38,077 nucleotides of DNA. Source: Octopus bimaculoides (Eukaryota). The stretch is taken from the NCBI RefSeq assembly GCF_001194135.2, contig NC_068984.1, forward strand, positions 52,589,223 to 52,627,299. Direction: 5' to 3'. This document shows, one piece after another, positions 23,040-34,129 of the stretch (its first letter is position 1; every line of letters begins with the position of its first letter). Position numbers and translations under genes: made by a program. The notes below the pieces were generated by a model. It was not told the origin of the DNA and did not search any database. It saw nothing but the letters and a program-made list of their open reading frames with translations.

Positions 23040-23463
23040 CTTTTAATCTTTTACTTGTTTCAGTCAGTAGACTGCAGCGGTGCTGAGGCAACACCTTGAA
23101 GAAGTTTAATCAAACAAATCAACCCCAGTACTTATTTTTGAAAGCCTGGTACTTATTCTATTGGTCTCTTTAGCTGAACAGCTAAGTTACAAGGATGCAA
23201 GCACACCAACACCAGTTGTCAAACAGTGATGGGGGACAGACATAGACATAAAGACACATAGATATGTATGTATACAATGGGCTTCTTCCATCTACCAAAT
23301 CCAGTCACAAGGCTTTGATTGACCCAAGGCTTTGATTGACCCAAGGCTTTGATTGACCCGAGGCTCTAGTAGAAGACACTTGCCCAAGGTCACACAGTGG
23401 GACTGGACCCTGAACCTTGTAGTTGAGAAGCAAACTTCTTACTAAACAGTCGTGCCTCCACCT
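23040..23463 (-). mobile_element. Full-length SINE family A with an internal 17-bp triplication
   Basis: Colinear with the other copies; aaggctttgattgaccc occurs three times at 23309-23359. Confidence 0.9.
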
Positions 23464-24059
23464 ATAGTGTAATCTTTTATATGGAATCATTTACATGCTG
23501 TGTGGTTAGAAATGAAGAGCTACAGACAATTATAACAAGTCGTAATCATTCTTCATCTTCTGTATATTATATCCAACTCTTCAAAATACTTACATATTGG
23601 ATTTACCAGAGAGACACCCAGTGTTCCTGCACCTGTGGACTTGTAATTTTTTTAACCCTCTAGCATTCAGATTACTCTGTCAAATTTAATGTTTATTTAT
23701 TACCTCCACCTTAGTGAAGGTGGCGGTATTGTTTTCAGCCATGTCTGTTTGTTTGTTTGTCCATTGGCAAGATATTTCAAGACTCATTGGATGGATTTGG
23801 ATGAAACTTTCAGGGATGTTTGGCCTCATGACTGGCACAAACTGATTAGATTTTGGGATTAATCCAGTACTGAACAAGGATTCTGGAATATTTGTTATAT
23901 TTACTTTACATGAAGTGTTAATGATCTTACATTGACTTTCAAGTCTTTTTCTGATTATCTCTCTTGAAAGCACACTCATGGTTTTTTTGTAAGTTATGGC
24001 AGCATTGCTGTTTCTAGTTTTATTTTTGTTTCTCTATCATTAATTTTACTCATATTTCT

Positions 24060-24290
24060 TATTTCTTTATTTCCCACAAGGGGCTAAACATAGATGGGAC
24101 AAACAAGGACAGACAAAGGGATTAAGTCGATTACATTGACCCCAGTGCATAACTGCTACTTAATTTATCAACCCTGAAAGAATGAAAGGTAAAGTTGACC
24201 TCGGTGGAATTTGAACTCAGAACGTAGCGGCAGACGAAATACCACTAAGCATTTTGCCCAGCATGCTAACGTTTCTGCCAGCTCTCCGCC
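24060..24290 (-). mobile_element. Full-length SINE family B with a 16-bp target-site duplication
   Basis: Flanked by ttttactcatatttct (24044-24059) and ttttactcgcatttct (24291-24306). Confidence 0.9.
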
Positions 24291-24582
24291 TTTTACTCGC
24301 ATTTCTATCTTAGTAGAAACTGATGGATTAAGAAATCAAACTACATAAACAAACGGCAGCAAAACCTTTCAGAAATTAAATAACACTAACATATTCAGTA
24401 ACAAAAGTAAATTTAATTTATCCTCAACAATTTTTAGTTTTACCAATTTTGAATATATCGCTCCTGTTTGAAACCTCTCACCTATTTGACAATTGCATTT
24501 CTAGCTCTGCCTTGAAGGAAGCTTTACTTCTTGGACTCACATTTTTGTGTGCAATGATGTTGTTAAACATCTGTTAAACCTC

Positions 24583-24780
24583 TGCAGGTCCTTTCCATTT
24601 TCTTTTATGCATGGATAAATTTTTCACTATAGACCTTAATGGTCGTAAAGACACTATGTCAGTGGATAGACTGAAAAAGGCCTTTATAGAGAAAACTGTT
24701 CCTGTTCCCACTGCAGACAACACACACACAGCATTACAAACATGGCCTGTACACCCACCTTCACATTCCATGACTACCAG
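24583..24780 (+). mobile_element. Gypsy/Ty3 integrase C-terminal fragment
   Basis: GPFHFLLCMDKFFTIDLNGRKDTMSVDRLKKAF resembles the GPF.V..R..K.F.....G....VS.DRLK.A (GPY/F) integrase tail. Confidence 0.75.
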
Positions 24781-25254
24781 TGGGATCGATAAGGTACTGG
24801 ACAAAGATTTTGGATTATTTTTCTGGTTTTTTACTTAATTTTTGAGAGCTTTTGGGTTCATTTTTAGTATTCTCGTTCGTGAGAGCAATAGAGTTTATTT
24901 CAGATATTCTCATTTTAAAAATCATCTCTGGCTAATCATTGAGAGGACGTTGGTGTTGCCTTGGTGGAGGTTTGTACTCTCTGAGTGCTCTTGTTTACCT
25001 TGTTTTGAATTAATCTTGCATTATCTCATAGCAATGACTTTCGATCGTTTGATTGTTTAGTTTTTGAATGACATTGTAGAGTAAGTGTGAGAAGCCAGAT
25101 CTGGCCAGTTTGAACATGAAACAGGTAGAATTTTTAGGCCTGATATGTCTGGTTTAAATACTAAAAGGTTAAATTTCAGTATGAGAGCGTAGTTTATGTC
25201 AACTGCTGCATTAGGAATAAATGAGTTTATAACCAATCCAGGCTTACATTATAT

Positions 25255-25274
25255 ATATGTGTGTGTGTGTGTGG

Positions 25275-25362
<88 letters not shown>

Positions 25363-25380
25363 ATGAGCATGTGTGTATGT
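25255..25380. repeat. (TG)n microsatellite
   Basis: Direct reading. Confidence 0.97.
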
Positions 25381-25381
25381 A

Positions 25382-25598
25382 TGAGGGAGTGCTGAAAAAT
25401 TCATGGCTTTGGGTAAGAGAAAATACAGGAGGATCAGTTAATTATGAGTTTATTTAACATATTCCCCTCTCAGATTCACACACTTATTGCAGCAGTCCTT
25501 CAACTTTTTTAAACCCTGTAAAAGAATTTGGAAAGTTGAGCCTCCAGCCTGGCCTTTCACAATACCCTAAAAACCAGGAACTTTTCAGCAACCCCTTG
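25382..25598 (-). mobile_element. Mariner-derived MITE, second copy
   Basis: TA|tgagggagtgctgaaaaattcatggcttt ... aaaaccaggaacttttcagcaaccccttg|TA; a reverse-complement homolog of 10377-10598. Confidence 0.87.
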
Positions 25599-26229
25599 TA
25601 TATATATATATAGTATGCATACACATATAGTTAAAATTAAAATTATATTCACATAAAAACCTTGTAGTATGCTGTGTAAAGCATGTCCACAGTTATTGGC
25701 TATCTGATGTCTACATCAGTAGGGATGTATATGCTACTGGATTTATTTCAGGAATTCCTTGGTATCTGTGGAGTCTATATAAATAGATCAGAGATAGGAT
25801 AGAAAATGGAATTCATGAGATTCTTTATTCAAATTCATTACAATTGTTTCATCCTGCATCTGTACCTTACTGGTGAGATACTGTACAATTAATTGTCTTG
25901 CATCACAGGTGCAGATTGCATCTCTTCCTGTGATGTTTTAAACAAGTACCTTGCTCTTTCTTCTCGCCCTTTCACTTAGCTCTATTAAGATATATGTTTA
26001 GTTAGGCTGCTAACAGTTTCCATAAGAAACTGAGAGAAGGACCCACTTCCCTTCAAAAAAGTAGTACAGTGAAATACACCCAATCAAAACATAGATAAAT
26101 AAAGACATAAAAACATGAAACATACATGATATCAGAAAATCAAACAGGACATATAGATAGTGCTATCAATAAATTAGATATACAAAGTGTCACACAGTCT
26201 GACAGTTGTAATTCTCCGAATTGGAGTTA

Positions 26230-26540
26230 ATTTATAACCATCACACACACATTTACATACTCACATACACTGGTGCACTCACACACTGGTATGCATACAC
26301 ACTGATACCTACATACTTACATATACACATGATAGACACACACATTGTTACATATGCTCACTGAAATACACACACATTCGCACACTGAGTGACATATTGA
26401 CACACTGGCATACACCATCTTTGCCGATATTTGGCACACACACACATTGATACCTACAAACATTGATATATACATACTGATTCACATAGACACATTGACA
26501 CACATGCACACCCTCTGATATGCACATACACTATTTCCAT
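26230..26540. repeat. Degenerate CACACTG/CACA-rich tract
   Basis: Recurrent 'acacactg' units. Confidence 0.75.
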
Positions 26541-26599
26541 ATGATACTACAGAAAGTGATAACAGCATAGATCAAATCGAAAAAAATTACACTGATTAC

Positions 26600-26797
26600 A
26601 ATGATAATTTCAAATTTTGGCACAAGGCCAGCAAATTCGGGGGAGTGGTATGTTGATTACACTGACCCCAGTGCTTAACTGGTACTTATTTTATTGATCT
26701 CGAAAGGACAGGAGGCAAAGTTAACCTTGGTGGAATTTGAACTCAAAATGTAAAAACAGATGACATGCTGCTAAGCATTTTGCTAGCTGGCTGCCTT
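26600..26797 (-). mobile_element. SINE family B followed by a (TAA/TGA)n tract to 26876
   Basis: 'tgaccccagtgcttaactggtacttattttattg..ggcaaagttaaccttggtggaatttgaactc' is homologous to 24060-24290. Confidence 0.85.
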
Positions 26798-27030
26798 ATA
26801 TAATGATTACAATAATAATGATAATAATGATAATAGTGATTACAATAATGATGATAATAACAATGATAATGATAATCAGAGATAACAGTGAAATTTGGAG
26901 AAGTTGCCTTGAAGGCCTGTCAAAAATACTACCATTTTGAAGTTTCTGTAAACCTCCCAGCTATATACATCACATACCAAGGACTTTAGCAAGTTCTTAA
27001 CACTGCTGTATTCTTCATTGAAATACACTT

Positions 27031-27900
27031 GTAGGTGCATTACCCCCCTTGACAGCAAGTACACAAGCTAGCTATACAGAGATAGAGGGTGTTACACAAC
27101 ATTAAGGTTCAGACACCTTATCTCTTTTTCTTTCTGCACTGGGACCTCAAACTGTAAAGATGCGATCTAGCCTCTCTCAACAACCACCAGCTAGCAGATA
27201 GGAGCATAGCACAGAAGACCATGGCCTTTACACACCAACCATTCTATTTATCATTCCATTGTACATATACATGTGGCCACAATAAACGTGCTTAAGTTGC
27301 AACTTTGCTTGTATATGTTTTTCATCTGGGTTTACTACCAGTGAAATTACAGTCTTCTGAGAGTCATATTAGGTGGCTCATAACGACCTGCACCATCTAA
27401 ACACTGAATGAACCTGTGGAAGAGATGGATACTGTCTTCCATTATGGAGCAGCACAACTTTGAGGCTACTTGATGAGCTGTTGGTGGAAAGGCGTACCTG
27501 GTTTGGATTAGAGACCATTCCAATTGTCTCTAACAGATTTGTTACATTTTGTCAGAAACAGAACCCATCCTGACAGGTGAAAAATCTTGAAAAACATAGG
27601 TAAAACTTCCACAGAATTGTTATTTTCACACTTTAATGTAACCAGTTCCACTGCTTCAACAAAGACACTAAAAGCTCTGCATTGAGCTCAGTGACATCAG
27701 AGAGAAGCAATTCTGAGAAAGAAATGTCTAGTCAAGCAATAAACTTAAAATCTGTTGACCTCATGAACACCACCACTTGATTCTTGGTTATTTTTAGCAG
27801 AGTCCATTCTGCTTGCAAGCATCCAGACCAGATATCTGATCTGAGAAGATAGTCCTCCTTTCTTTCCACTAGTCTTGAATGCTCTAAAAGGTATCACAAG
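27031..27900 (+). mobile_element. Possible decayed LTR retroelement end plus gag remnant
   Basis: A tg...actacca segment with aataaa at 27281 is followed by GC-richer broken frames faintly like Gypsy gag. No primer-binding site recognised. Confidence 0.25.
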
Positions 27901-27992
27901 TACTGTCTTTCCTTCACTTGACTAAGCAATAAGTACTAATGTTTAACTGTGATATTTATAAAATGAAGCAGTGAAGTTGAAGCAAAAAGGGA

Positions 27993-28661
27993 AGCATTTA
28001 ATTCAGCCATATCCGGCCCAAACATTTTATTTGTTTTATGTTCAAACTGGCCAGATTCAGCATCTCACACCTGTTCTCCAATGTCATTCTAAAAATAAGC
28101 ACTCACAGCTTTGAAATTTCCAAGCTACAAGATAATACATAATAATTTTTTTTAAATGTAAATAAATAAGCACAGGAATGGCTGTGTGGAGGCATAGTAG
28201 TGGCTATGTGGAGGTGCAGATGTGGCTGTGTAGTAAGAAGCTTGCTTCCCAATCATATGGTTCTGGGTTCAGTCCCACTGTGTAGCACCTTGGTCTTCTA
28301 CTATAGCCTTGGACTAACCAAAGCTTTGTGAGTAGATTTGGTAGGTGGAAACAAAAAGAAGCCTGTAAAATATATACATCTTTTATATGCATGTATGTGT
28401 GTGTCTGTCTGTTTGTCCCTCACTGCTGCTTGACAACTGGTGCAAGTGTGTTTACATTCCCATAACTTAACAGTTCAGCAAAAGAGATCAATAGAAAAGT
28501 ACCCAGCTTTAAAAAAAATGTAATGGGGTTGATTTGTTTGACTAAAAATTCCTCAAGATGGTGCCCCAGCATGACCGTAGACTACTGAGTGAAACAAGTA
28601 AAAGATAAAAAAATAAATAAACATTACATGTGACAGAGTAATCTGAATTCTAAAGGGTTAA
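27993..28661 (-). mobile_element. TTAA MITE, third copy, interrupted by a SINE
   Basis: 27993-28172 and 28611-28661 are consecutive reverse-complement matches to 19822-20049. The terminus is ctaaaggg-TTAA. Confidence 0.8.
28173..28610 (+). mobile_element. Full-length SINE family A with a 13-bp target-site duplication
   Basis: Flanks aaataaataagca (28160-28172) and aaataaataaaca (28611-28623). Confidence 0.9.
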
Positions 28662-29198
28662 ATTACTTTTGTCGTAGTAAAGCAGAATATTTGAGCCCTG
28701 CTGTTAACCCTTACTTTGGTAAAGAAATTATGTAAAGACAGCTATTCTCAGCTGTCTTTTGGGGAATTTTCTTTCTTATCTTTGATGAGTAAATTGTTAA
28801 CAAATCAAGAGGCGAGAATCGAAAACATATAAATGGATGTTTTTTGTTTGTTTTTTTTCAAGTTACTTTACATTATACTAACCATCAATGTCTTACAAGT
28901 TCTAGCACAGAATAGAGATTGCCTCAAGAAAGAGGAGGAAGTGGAGGACAACAACAAAGAAGAAGAGGAGAATAACTACAACAGCAGCAACTTGGTGGTG
29001 GTGGTGGCGATGATGATGAGTATGATGTCAGCACGGAGGCAAACAAGTGGAAATTAATAGAGGGAGATGGATGAGAATGTGAAATAAATGAACTGGATAT
29101 AAAGGAGGAGAAAGAGTGAAGAAGTTGGGGGAAAATCCATCTCAGATTGGGCTATGTTTCCAGTTCGTTCAGTTTTCCACTTATAATTATTACCTCAG

Positions 29199-29242
29199 GT
29201 CATAATATTTTGATCGTTGCAAATGTGAACGATGATTGTGAG
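29199..29242 (+). CDS. Candidate coding exon ((G)HNILIVANVNDDCE), phase 1-0
   Basis: Acceptor ttataattattacctcag|, consensus donor gag|gtgagt, 44 nt, one open frame, non-repetitive context. Protein not recognised. Confidence 0.45.
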
Positions 29243-30334
29243 GTGAGTTAATGTATGTCAAAATACACTGAATTAACAACATATTAATCCTGTTCTTTTA
29301 TTATTATTATTATTATTAGTTACTTTTTTCTTTTTTTGCATTACGTATTTTGCCATTGAACCAATTTAAAGATGAATCAACAAAGAAATAGAAAGCTTTA
29401 TCATGAGAGAGACAGAGACAAAGACAGACAGAGAGAGCTAGACAGACAAAGTTGAGGTGAAGGTAGGAGATGGAGTCAGCCTCAATTGACATTCAAACTT
29501 GGAATGATTGATGACTCAGTAATAGTATTAAATACAAGTTGCATTAATGAAGATGAAAACTAGGTGCAAACGATTCAAATGAGTCAACTACTTGAAATAA
29601 AACATGTCGTCTTGGTCTATCACTTACTTATGCAGCAGTTTTTTTGTTTGTTTGCTTCTTTTTTTTTTTTGTCGGGCAATTGCTATAGTAACTCAGATAA
29701 TACTTCTGTGAAACCAAAAATGTCTCCAATTTGATGCATTAATAATTAATATCAGAAATAAACCTCAGATTTCTCATCATACAACCATACAGATTAAATA
29801 AATGTGTTTCTCTCTTATAATAACAGTCACCATAAATCAAATTGTATTTCTAACGGTGTCAGGTGTTTTTATATTCTTTTTTAATTCTTTTTTTAACCTA
29901 ATAGAACTTTGGTGTTGTGATTATTATGAATCAGTAAATGTTTTTATTTCAGCTCAACAATTTACTCAAGCAGTCCATAAAGTCAACTTCTACTCTTCCT
30001 CAACCTCTTCCTACCCACCACAACTATTGTGTGAATTAGTACAGCTGTAACTGTTAGTTTCTTTTCACAAAGCACAAAAGCTCTATATGCTAGGGAAAGA
30101 GGGAAACAGGACATTGTAATGTTCATTCTGTTCACAAAGAGTGTATGCAATACATAAACCTGTATCATCTAAGAATCAAAACTAAGTCAATTGTGACCTT
30201 GATTCGCCAGTGGGGTTACCTCTTGCTTCATGCCACAAGTTTGTTCAGTTGGGAATGTGGAATATAGCTGAGTGAAGAGTAAGTTTCTTATATAGTTTTA
30301 ACTAGGCTCAAATATCTTGAGTATAAGATAGGGG

Positions 30335-31051
30335 AAGCTTCAGGCAATATAGTATTCATGCATTATAGTATCCATGGTAGTAAGACGTGGGCCCTGAATG
30401 CAGAGGACATGCAAAGGCTGGAGAGGAACAAAGCTGGTATGTTCTGCTGGATGTGCAATGTCAGTGTGCAGGTGTAGTATTGAGAGAGAAGTTGGACATA
30501 AGAGGAATTATATGCAGTGTGCAAGAGAGGAAATTGTGCTGGTTTGGTTATGTGATGAGGATGAATGAGGACAGTTGCATAAAGAAGTATCAATCACTTC
30601 AGATGGAGGGAAGCTGAAGAAGAGAGAGATCCAGGAAGACGTGGGACGAAGTATTGACGGCCAATCTCAAAACACTAAGCCTTTTGAAGGAGATGACAAA
30701 GGACTGAGATATGTGATGAATTGCTGTATTCAAGAAGACCCACCCACCACAACAAAATTGGGATCCTAAAACGATAGTGCCATGTAAAAGGAATCAGTAT
30801 GGGTGCTGGTGCCACATAAAAAGAATCTGCAATGGTACCATGTAAGAAGCACTGGTGATGGTGCCACGTAAAAGCACCCAATACACTCTGTAAAGTGATT
30901 GGCATTAGGAAGGGCATCCAGCTGTTGAAATCAGCAAAAACAAACAATAGAACCTGGCGTGGTTCCTGGCCTTGCCATTTATTGTCAAGCTGTCCAACCC
31001 ATGCCAGCATGGAAACAGACATTAAATGTTGTTGATGATGCTGATGATAAT
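30335..31051 (+). mobile_element. 5'-truncated, diverged RTE LINE
   Basis: HGSKTWALNAEDMQRLERN..MFCWMCNV and LREKLDIRGIICSVQERKLCWFGYVMRMNED, followed by the 3' UTR array and (GAT)n tail. Confidence 0.9.
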
Positions 31052-31265
31052 GATGGCTTTCCCCAAAATTATTGTAGCCATATTATGGTCTGAAGTTTTC
31101 AGGAGTTCACCCCTTACCCTGCAAAATTTACAAATACTATATATATTGATATCTAACACTAGCAGTAGGTTACATATTTCGTTGGAGGGTATATTTTATT
31201 AAATCAACCCTAGTCTTTCCTGCAAGAGACCTGTCTCTATTTGTCTATTATACTCTAACCTCTCC

Positions 31266-31500
31266 TGTGGAGGTACGTGGCTTAGTAGTTAGGGTGTTAG
31301 ACTTAGGATCATAAGAGTGTGGTTTCAGTTCCTGGACCAGGCAACGTGTTGTGTTCTTAAGCAAGACACTTCATTTCATGTTGCTCCAGTCCGCTCAGCT
31401 GTCAAGAATGTACAGTAATCCTGTAACAGACTGGCATCCCATCCAGGTGGGGAATTTATATGCCATGGAAACTGGAAAGTCAGTCCTTATGAGTTGGTAC
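31266..31500 (+). mobile_element. tRNA-derived SINE, family C
   Basis: Head 'gtggcttagtagttaggg..ggtttcagttcc' and core 'gttgtgttcttaagcaagacactt'. Confidence 0.8.
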
Positions 31501-31599
31501 AACTCAAGAAAGTAACCTCTACCTTTTTTACCTAACCTCTCCTCACTTGTCACAAAGTTGCCTCCCTCGGTACTACTCACCCCTCAGTTGAGGCAGCAG

Positions 31600-31812
31600 T
31601 CTTGTCTTGCAAGTTACTTGGTGACCTCCTTGTTGATAATACCACATAAAAAGCATCTAGTACATTCTCTAAAGTAGTTGGTGTTAAGAAGGGCATTTGA
31701 CACTTCCTAGCCATGCCAAAGCAGAAGTAGAGCTTGGTGCATTTATCTGGCACATCAGCTTATGTTAAGCTATCCCATGCTGGCATGGAAAGCAGACATT
31801 AATTAATAATGA
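31600..31812 (+). mobile_element. Old RTE-type 3' tail
   Basis: 'ccacataaaaagcatc..gtagttggtgttaagaagggcat..ccatgctggcatggaaagcagacatt'. Confidence 0.7.
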
Positions 31813-31941
31813 TGGTAGTGGTCATTGTGGTGGTCGTAGTGGTGGCGGCAGCAGTGGCATCAGTGGCAGCAGCAGTTTTTGCAGTGGTGGTAGTGGTGGA
31901 GGTGATGCTGCTGCTGATGAGGAGGAGGACAATGGTGATGG

Positions 31942-31983
<42 letters not shown>

Positions 31984-31990
31984 CAATGAG
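31810..31990. repeat. Compound trinucleotide tract (GTG/GCA/GAT)n
   Basis: Direct reading; it grows out of the RTE (GAT) tail. Confidence 0.9.
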
Positions 31991-33515
31991 TACTTGATTG
32001 GTACTTTATTGTGTCAATCTTGAAGGAAGAAATGAAAAGTTGACTTTGGTTTTAAATGAATAAAGAACTCTGAATACTATCATATATTTAGTTTAGCCTT
32101 CAACTGAGAAAGGCTTCAGTGTTACAAAATTGCATTCCTTTTCCTTTACAAATACAAGATTTGTGTTCATGAAACGAATCAATATATTACCCATGCATTG
32201 ATTGATATCTGTAAAGGCAGCCTAAAAATAACAATCAGAAAATGATCCTCAACTGTTGGGAGAATATAGCAGAAAGTGGTTTTCCATGTAAGATGATTGT
32301 ATCCATTAATATTGTTGTAAAATCAGGAATGGTGGACTTCACTACCATCCATCGTTCCCTTCATCCTACATATTCAACCAAGATCAAGTTAGGTACCGCT
32401 CTTTTTAGTTGCATGTATTTACTGATTGTTTGGGTGTTTGCTCTGATATTTAAGAAATTACTAAAGCTACGAAGTTTAACCTTTTTTTTACCAATGATTG
32501 CTAAGCAAAATATTTTTTTTAAATGTCTTTTTTATTAGAAATATTGTGCTTTTAGTATGTCATGACGTTGATATTAAGTTTATAGCACGACTCTATTCAA
32601 CATGTTTCATGCTGGGTGAGCTGTGAATTAAACAAAAGAAGAAACCAGTTACACAAAGAAAAAAATGAAATATAATAGAAATATGTTCGCAGACATATTT
32701 CTATTGTATTACATTTCATATGTACATAGTAATATATTTTTCTCCAGATATCGGAATCTATAATAATAGGGTGTATAAAATATATTCTAATTCTTACAAC
32801 AATGACTCTCAATCTGTTTTCACTTAATGACACAAGAAGAGATCAGAAATACTATTTGTGACTCACATTCCATATGTAAGCCTCGATCAACATTCAAACT
32901 TGGAAAGACGGAAATAGAACATTGTAATAAATACAAGGTTATTACAAGTTCAAATATGCTTGGGGCATATTTGAACCAGTAAAGAAGCTATTCACTGTGT
33001 TTTGTCACAGAGAAAATTTCTTGTGGTAGGCAAATGGGGTAAATATACCAAAATCAGCTTGCAGTGCCACCTACCCAGATTGTGAGATGTAAGCATTTTG
33101 GAATGGTTAGCTCCTCTTCAGTCACAGAAACTGAACAGCGTATGCTCTGAGTGGGTAAGAGAGGTTGTCTCTCCTATGACATTCTTGGTGTTATACAATA
33201 TCTAGTAGCACTAATTATCAGCTCACCACAAACAATAAGAACATTGTGATGTTCATTCTGTTCACAAAGTGAATATGCAACATAAAATACATAAATTTGT
33301 ATCATCTAAGAATCAAAAGTAAGTCATTAATCTCTTGCTTGTGAACTTACCATGTAGCTTGTTCAGTTAAGAATGTGGAACATAGTTGAGTGAGAGAGAA
33401 GTTTTTTTATATAATACTACCAACTATTATAGCTATCAATATCTGGTGAAATTATATCACTACGTGCTTACGAAATGTAATACAATAGAAATATGTCAGT
33501 GAACATATTTCTATT

Positions 33516-33712
33516 GATAACACATAAGTCCACCGCTATCAATTTACTGTGAAGAAAGTTTACCACTATCAATTCACTGTGAGGAAAGTTTACCAAGAAA
33601 ATATATCCATAGTATCTCACCATTAATAGTTAAAGACTATTTTATTAAAAATATAAAAAAAACAGTGAATTAGCGACGGTGAACTTTCCTTGTAGTGAAC
33701 TTACTGGACATG
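33516..33712. mobile_element. 197-bp insertion with a 9-bp target duplication (Mutator-type MITE)
   Basis: atttctatt occurs at 33507-33515 and 33713-33721. The uninserted allele is visible in the inverted copy at 32660-32705. Imperfect inverted ends and an internal 29-bp tandem pair are present. Confidence 0.72.
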
Positions 33713-34129
33713 ATTTCTATTATATTTCATTTTTTTGTGTAACATGGAAAGTGCAAAAGCAAATGGAATAAGTAGAACAAGAGGAGACACATGGGATAGA
33801 AAGTCACTGATGAAGTCACAAGATGTGTGACGAAAGTGCTTTTTGACAAAGAAACTAGAAGAATAATAAGGAAGCTGAAGTGAAGACTAAATATATAGTA
33901 TATGTGTTTAATTGGCAAAATACGACCATCCCCAAGTATAACAATATCAGTTTCAACGCATGATTTCACATCAAGAATCTTGCAAAACAAATGCATATAT
34001 GTAGCAAAAAAATGTGTTTTAAAGTTAGGAAATTTAGAGAAAATTATAGAAGACTATTGTTTGTCATGCTTGTGTAAAACATGGACTTGAAGGCTGTTAA
34101 TGAGTTTTTGTTTTTCAATGCTGGAACAT

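Larger units (their letters stand above)
23700..24993 (+). mobile_element. Non-autonomous Helentron-type (HINE/DINE-1-like) element
   Basis: 5' hairpin tacctccacctt-agtg-aaggtggcggta (23701-23728), a (GTTT)n tract, a 3' subterminal inverted repeat ggtggaggt (24963-24971), a short stem-loop gtactc-tct-gagtgc (24974-24988), and insertion in a T run without a target duplication. Confidence 0.75.
23652..25172. mobile_element. TTAA MITE split by a 1.3-kb insertion (left part 23652-23700, right part 24994-25172)
   Basis: Both parts align consecutively to 19822-20049, and TTAA is present at both outer ends. Confidence 0.82.

Noticed and set aside
28734-28759. Perfect 10-bp hairpin aaagacagct-attctc-agctgtcttt
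   Set aside because: Single occurrence with no supporting context; plausible by chance in 38 kb.
32242-32538. 98-aa ORF with internal splice-like signals
   Set aside because: No recognisable domain, the tail is AT-driven and hydrophobic, and the implied intron would be only 39 nt.
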